In this document: positions 57,482-58,807 of the stretch, one piece after another
Layout of the letters: every line of letters starts with the position of its first letter
How positions within the stretch are numbered: position 1 is the stretch's first letter
IMG/VR virus record: IMGVR_UViG_2788500396_000001
Coordinates: 64,859 to 123,665 of that record
Reading direction: 5' to 3' (one strand)
Source: a virus
Taxonomy: Duplodnaviria; Heunggongvirae; Uroviricota; Caudoviricetes
Length of the DNA stretch: 58,807 nt
Program-made: the position numbers and the translations under genes
The notes under the pieces: generated by a model
What the model saw: the letters and a program-made list of their open reading frames with translations, nothing else
Told to the model about the DNA's origin: nothing
The model's database searches: none

Positions 57482-57829
57482 ATGTCACAGCCAGAAGCAA
57501 AGAGGTTGCAGAAAAAAAGAGGCCATTTTGCGAGACTTGGGTTCACAAATCGATTTGCTGTTTATATTCTGCTGATGCTCGCCGCCGGTTTAGGTGGCGG
57601 CTTTTATTTAGCCCTTAAGAGCATTGAGGTTGGATATACTGGCGCATTGATGTGCTGGACGGTGGTGTTCACTCCTATAGGAACAGCCTGCAGTATTGTT
57701 CTATCAAAAATTGTTGATAAGAGCAAAGCTGAAAATACAGGACCGAATGGAGAGGGTATTAAGTATGCTCAAGCGCAAGCAAATGGGTTTCAACAAGATG
57801 AGCGGTTTATAAATAGTCCGCCTATTTAA
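57482..57829 (+). CDS. membrane protein, lysis module
   Basis: Two hydrophobic helices; between endolysin and holin. Confidence 0.65.
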   Translation: MSQPEAKRLQKKRGHFARLGFTNRFAVYILLMLAAGLGGGFYLALKSIEVGYTGALMCWTVVFTPIGTACSIVLSKIVDKSKAENTGPNGEGIKYAQAQANGFQQDERFINSPPI

Positions 57830-57848
57830 TATAGAAAGGGTGTATGAT

Positions 57849-58160
57849 ATGGAAATTTCTGTTTTGATTGCTACAATTGGTGTGTTGGTTGCACTGACTA
57901 ATGTTGTTGTTGAGGTGTTGAAAAAGGCTACTTGGGATAAACTCCCGACCAATCTGCTTGCCTTGATGATCGCGGAGGCACTTACGATTTGCGCAGGGAT
58001 TATGTATTGCCAGATTAACGCGATCGCACTCACCTGGTACATTATTTTGGCTTTGGTTGTTGCCGGCTTTATGGTGGCTTATGCGGCTATGTTTGGATTT
58101 GACAAACTTAAGGAAATCATGAATTGGAATGAGACTAACAAAAGTCATGAGTCCGCCTAA
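57849..58160 (+). CDS. holin-like protein
   Basis: Three hydrophobic segments; EVLKK...LPTN and AMFGFDKLKE motifs. Confidence 0.7.
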   Translation: MEISVLIATIGVLVALTNVVVEVLKKATWDKLPTNLLALMIAEALTICAGIMYCQINAIALTWYIILALVVAGFMVAYAAMFGFDKLKEIMNWNETNKSHESA

Positions 58161-58174
58161 GTAAAGGCGGGTGA

Positions 58175-58807
58175 TTGGCTATGATATCATATGTCGAGTA
58201 CCTAAACATACCGGTTAAAGTTGCTATCATTCTCATTGCATGTTTTTTTGTCATGCAACTCATCGGAGAGATACTGGAATTTAAAGGGAAGGTAGTCCCT
58301 GAATTTTTTAAAATAAGAAAGCACTTTGCACGAAAAAAAGAAGAGAGAGCGCGGATTGAAAATACATTGCAAGAGGTTAAGGTGCTTCTACGGGATGTGA
58401 ATACTAGATATTCCGATGATAATATCGCTAAACGAAATAAATGGATGCACTGGGTAGATAGTCGAGCGAAAGCCTATGATGATGCAATCTCTAGTCTTAA
58501 AACAACACTGGGGGACGTGACGGCAGCTTTGAATGCCAACACGCGGCTCACCGAAGAGATGTTCATCCAGAGCAGTAGAGACCGCATTATTGATTTTTCT
58601 CATCGAGCTGCTGATGATGAGACCCCAATCTCGCGAGAAGAGTTTAATCGCATCTTTAAGGTGTATGATCAGTATGAGAAATTTCTTGATATGCGCGGGA
58701 TGACAAACGGCGAGATCAATATTGTGTACGACATCATCAAAGAGGCTTATAAAAGGCGGACAGAGACTCGTACTTTTATTGAGGGCACGAGAGATAGTTC
58801 AGAATAA
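58175..58807 (+). CDS. membrane-anchored coiled-coil protein, lysis region
   Basis: N-terminal hydrophobic helix; ends at TAA 58805-58807. Confidence 0.7.
   Translation: MAMISYVEYLNIPVKVAIILIACFFVMQLIGEILEFKGKVVPEFFKIRKHFARKKEERARIENTLQEVKVLLRDVNTRYSDDNIAKRNKWMHWVDSRAKAYDDAISSLKTTLGDVTAALNANTRLTEEMFIQSSRDRIIDFSHRAADDETPISREEFNRIFKVYDQYEKFLDMRGMTNGEINIVYDIIKEAYKRRTETRTFIEGTRDSSE

Noticed and set aside
1-58807. CRISPR array, rRNA, or stop-codon recoding
   Set aside because: I saw no regularly spaced repeat-spacer array and no rRNA. Genes read through in code 11, and the only in-frame stops in the RNAP are explained by introns.

Overview
The whole window is phage DNA: the transcription, morphogenesis and lysis arm of a large SPbeta-like siphovirus or prophage. 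The host is probably a gut Clostridia member (inference from SD motifs, gene families and the IS codon style). No host genes or prophage boundary are visible. From left to right it holds: a leftward sigmaA-type transcript with a ~570-nt hairpin-rich non-coding segment, a 36-aa sORF and a truncated gene; a ~1.7-kb non-coding divergence region with origin-like signals; a YonO-like single-subunit RNA polymerase split by two group I introns (one carries a homing endonuclease, the other cuts the DxDGD catalytic motif); clpP, phoH, a TnpB-only IS200/IS605 element, a metallophosphoesterase, six tRNAs and a tyrosine recombinase; a terminase with a class 3 mini-intein, then portal, capsid, tail and tape measure genes; a complete diversity-generating retroelement (target/VR, hairpin, avd, TR, RT); a ~4.4-kb mosaic block between two diverged copies of the endolysin 5' end; and endolysin/holin genes. 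All calls come from reading the sequence by eye. No searches or folding programs were run.
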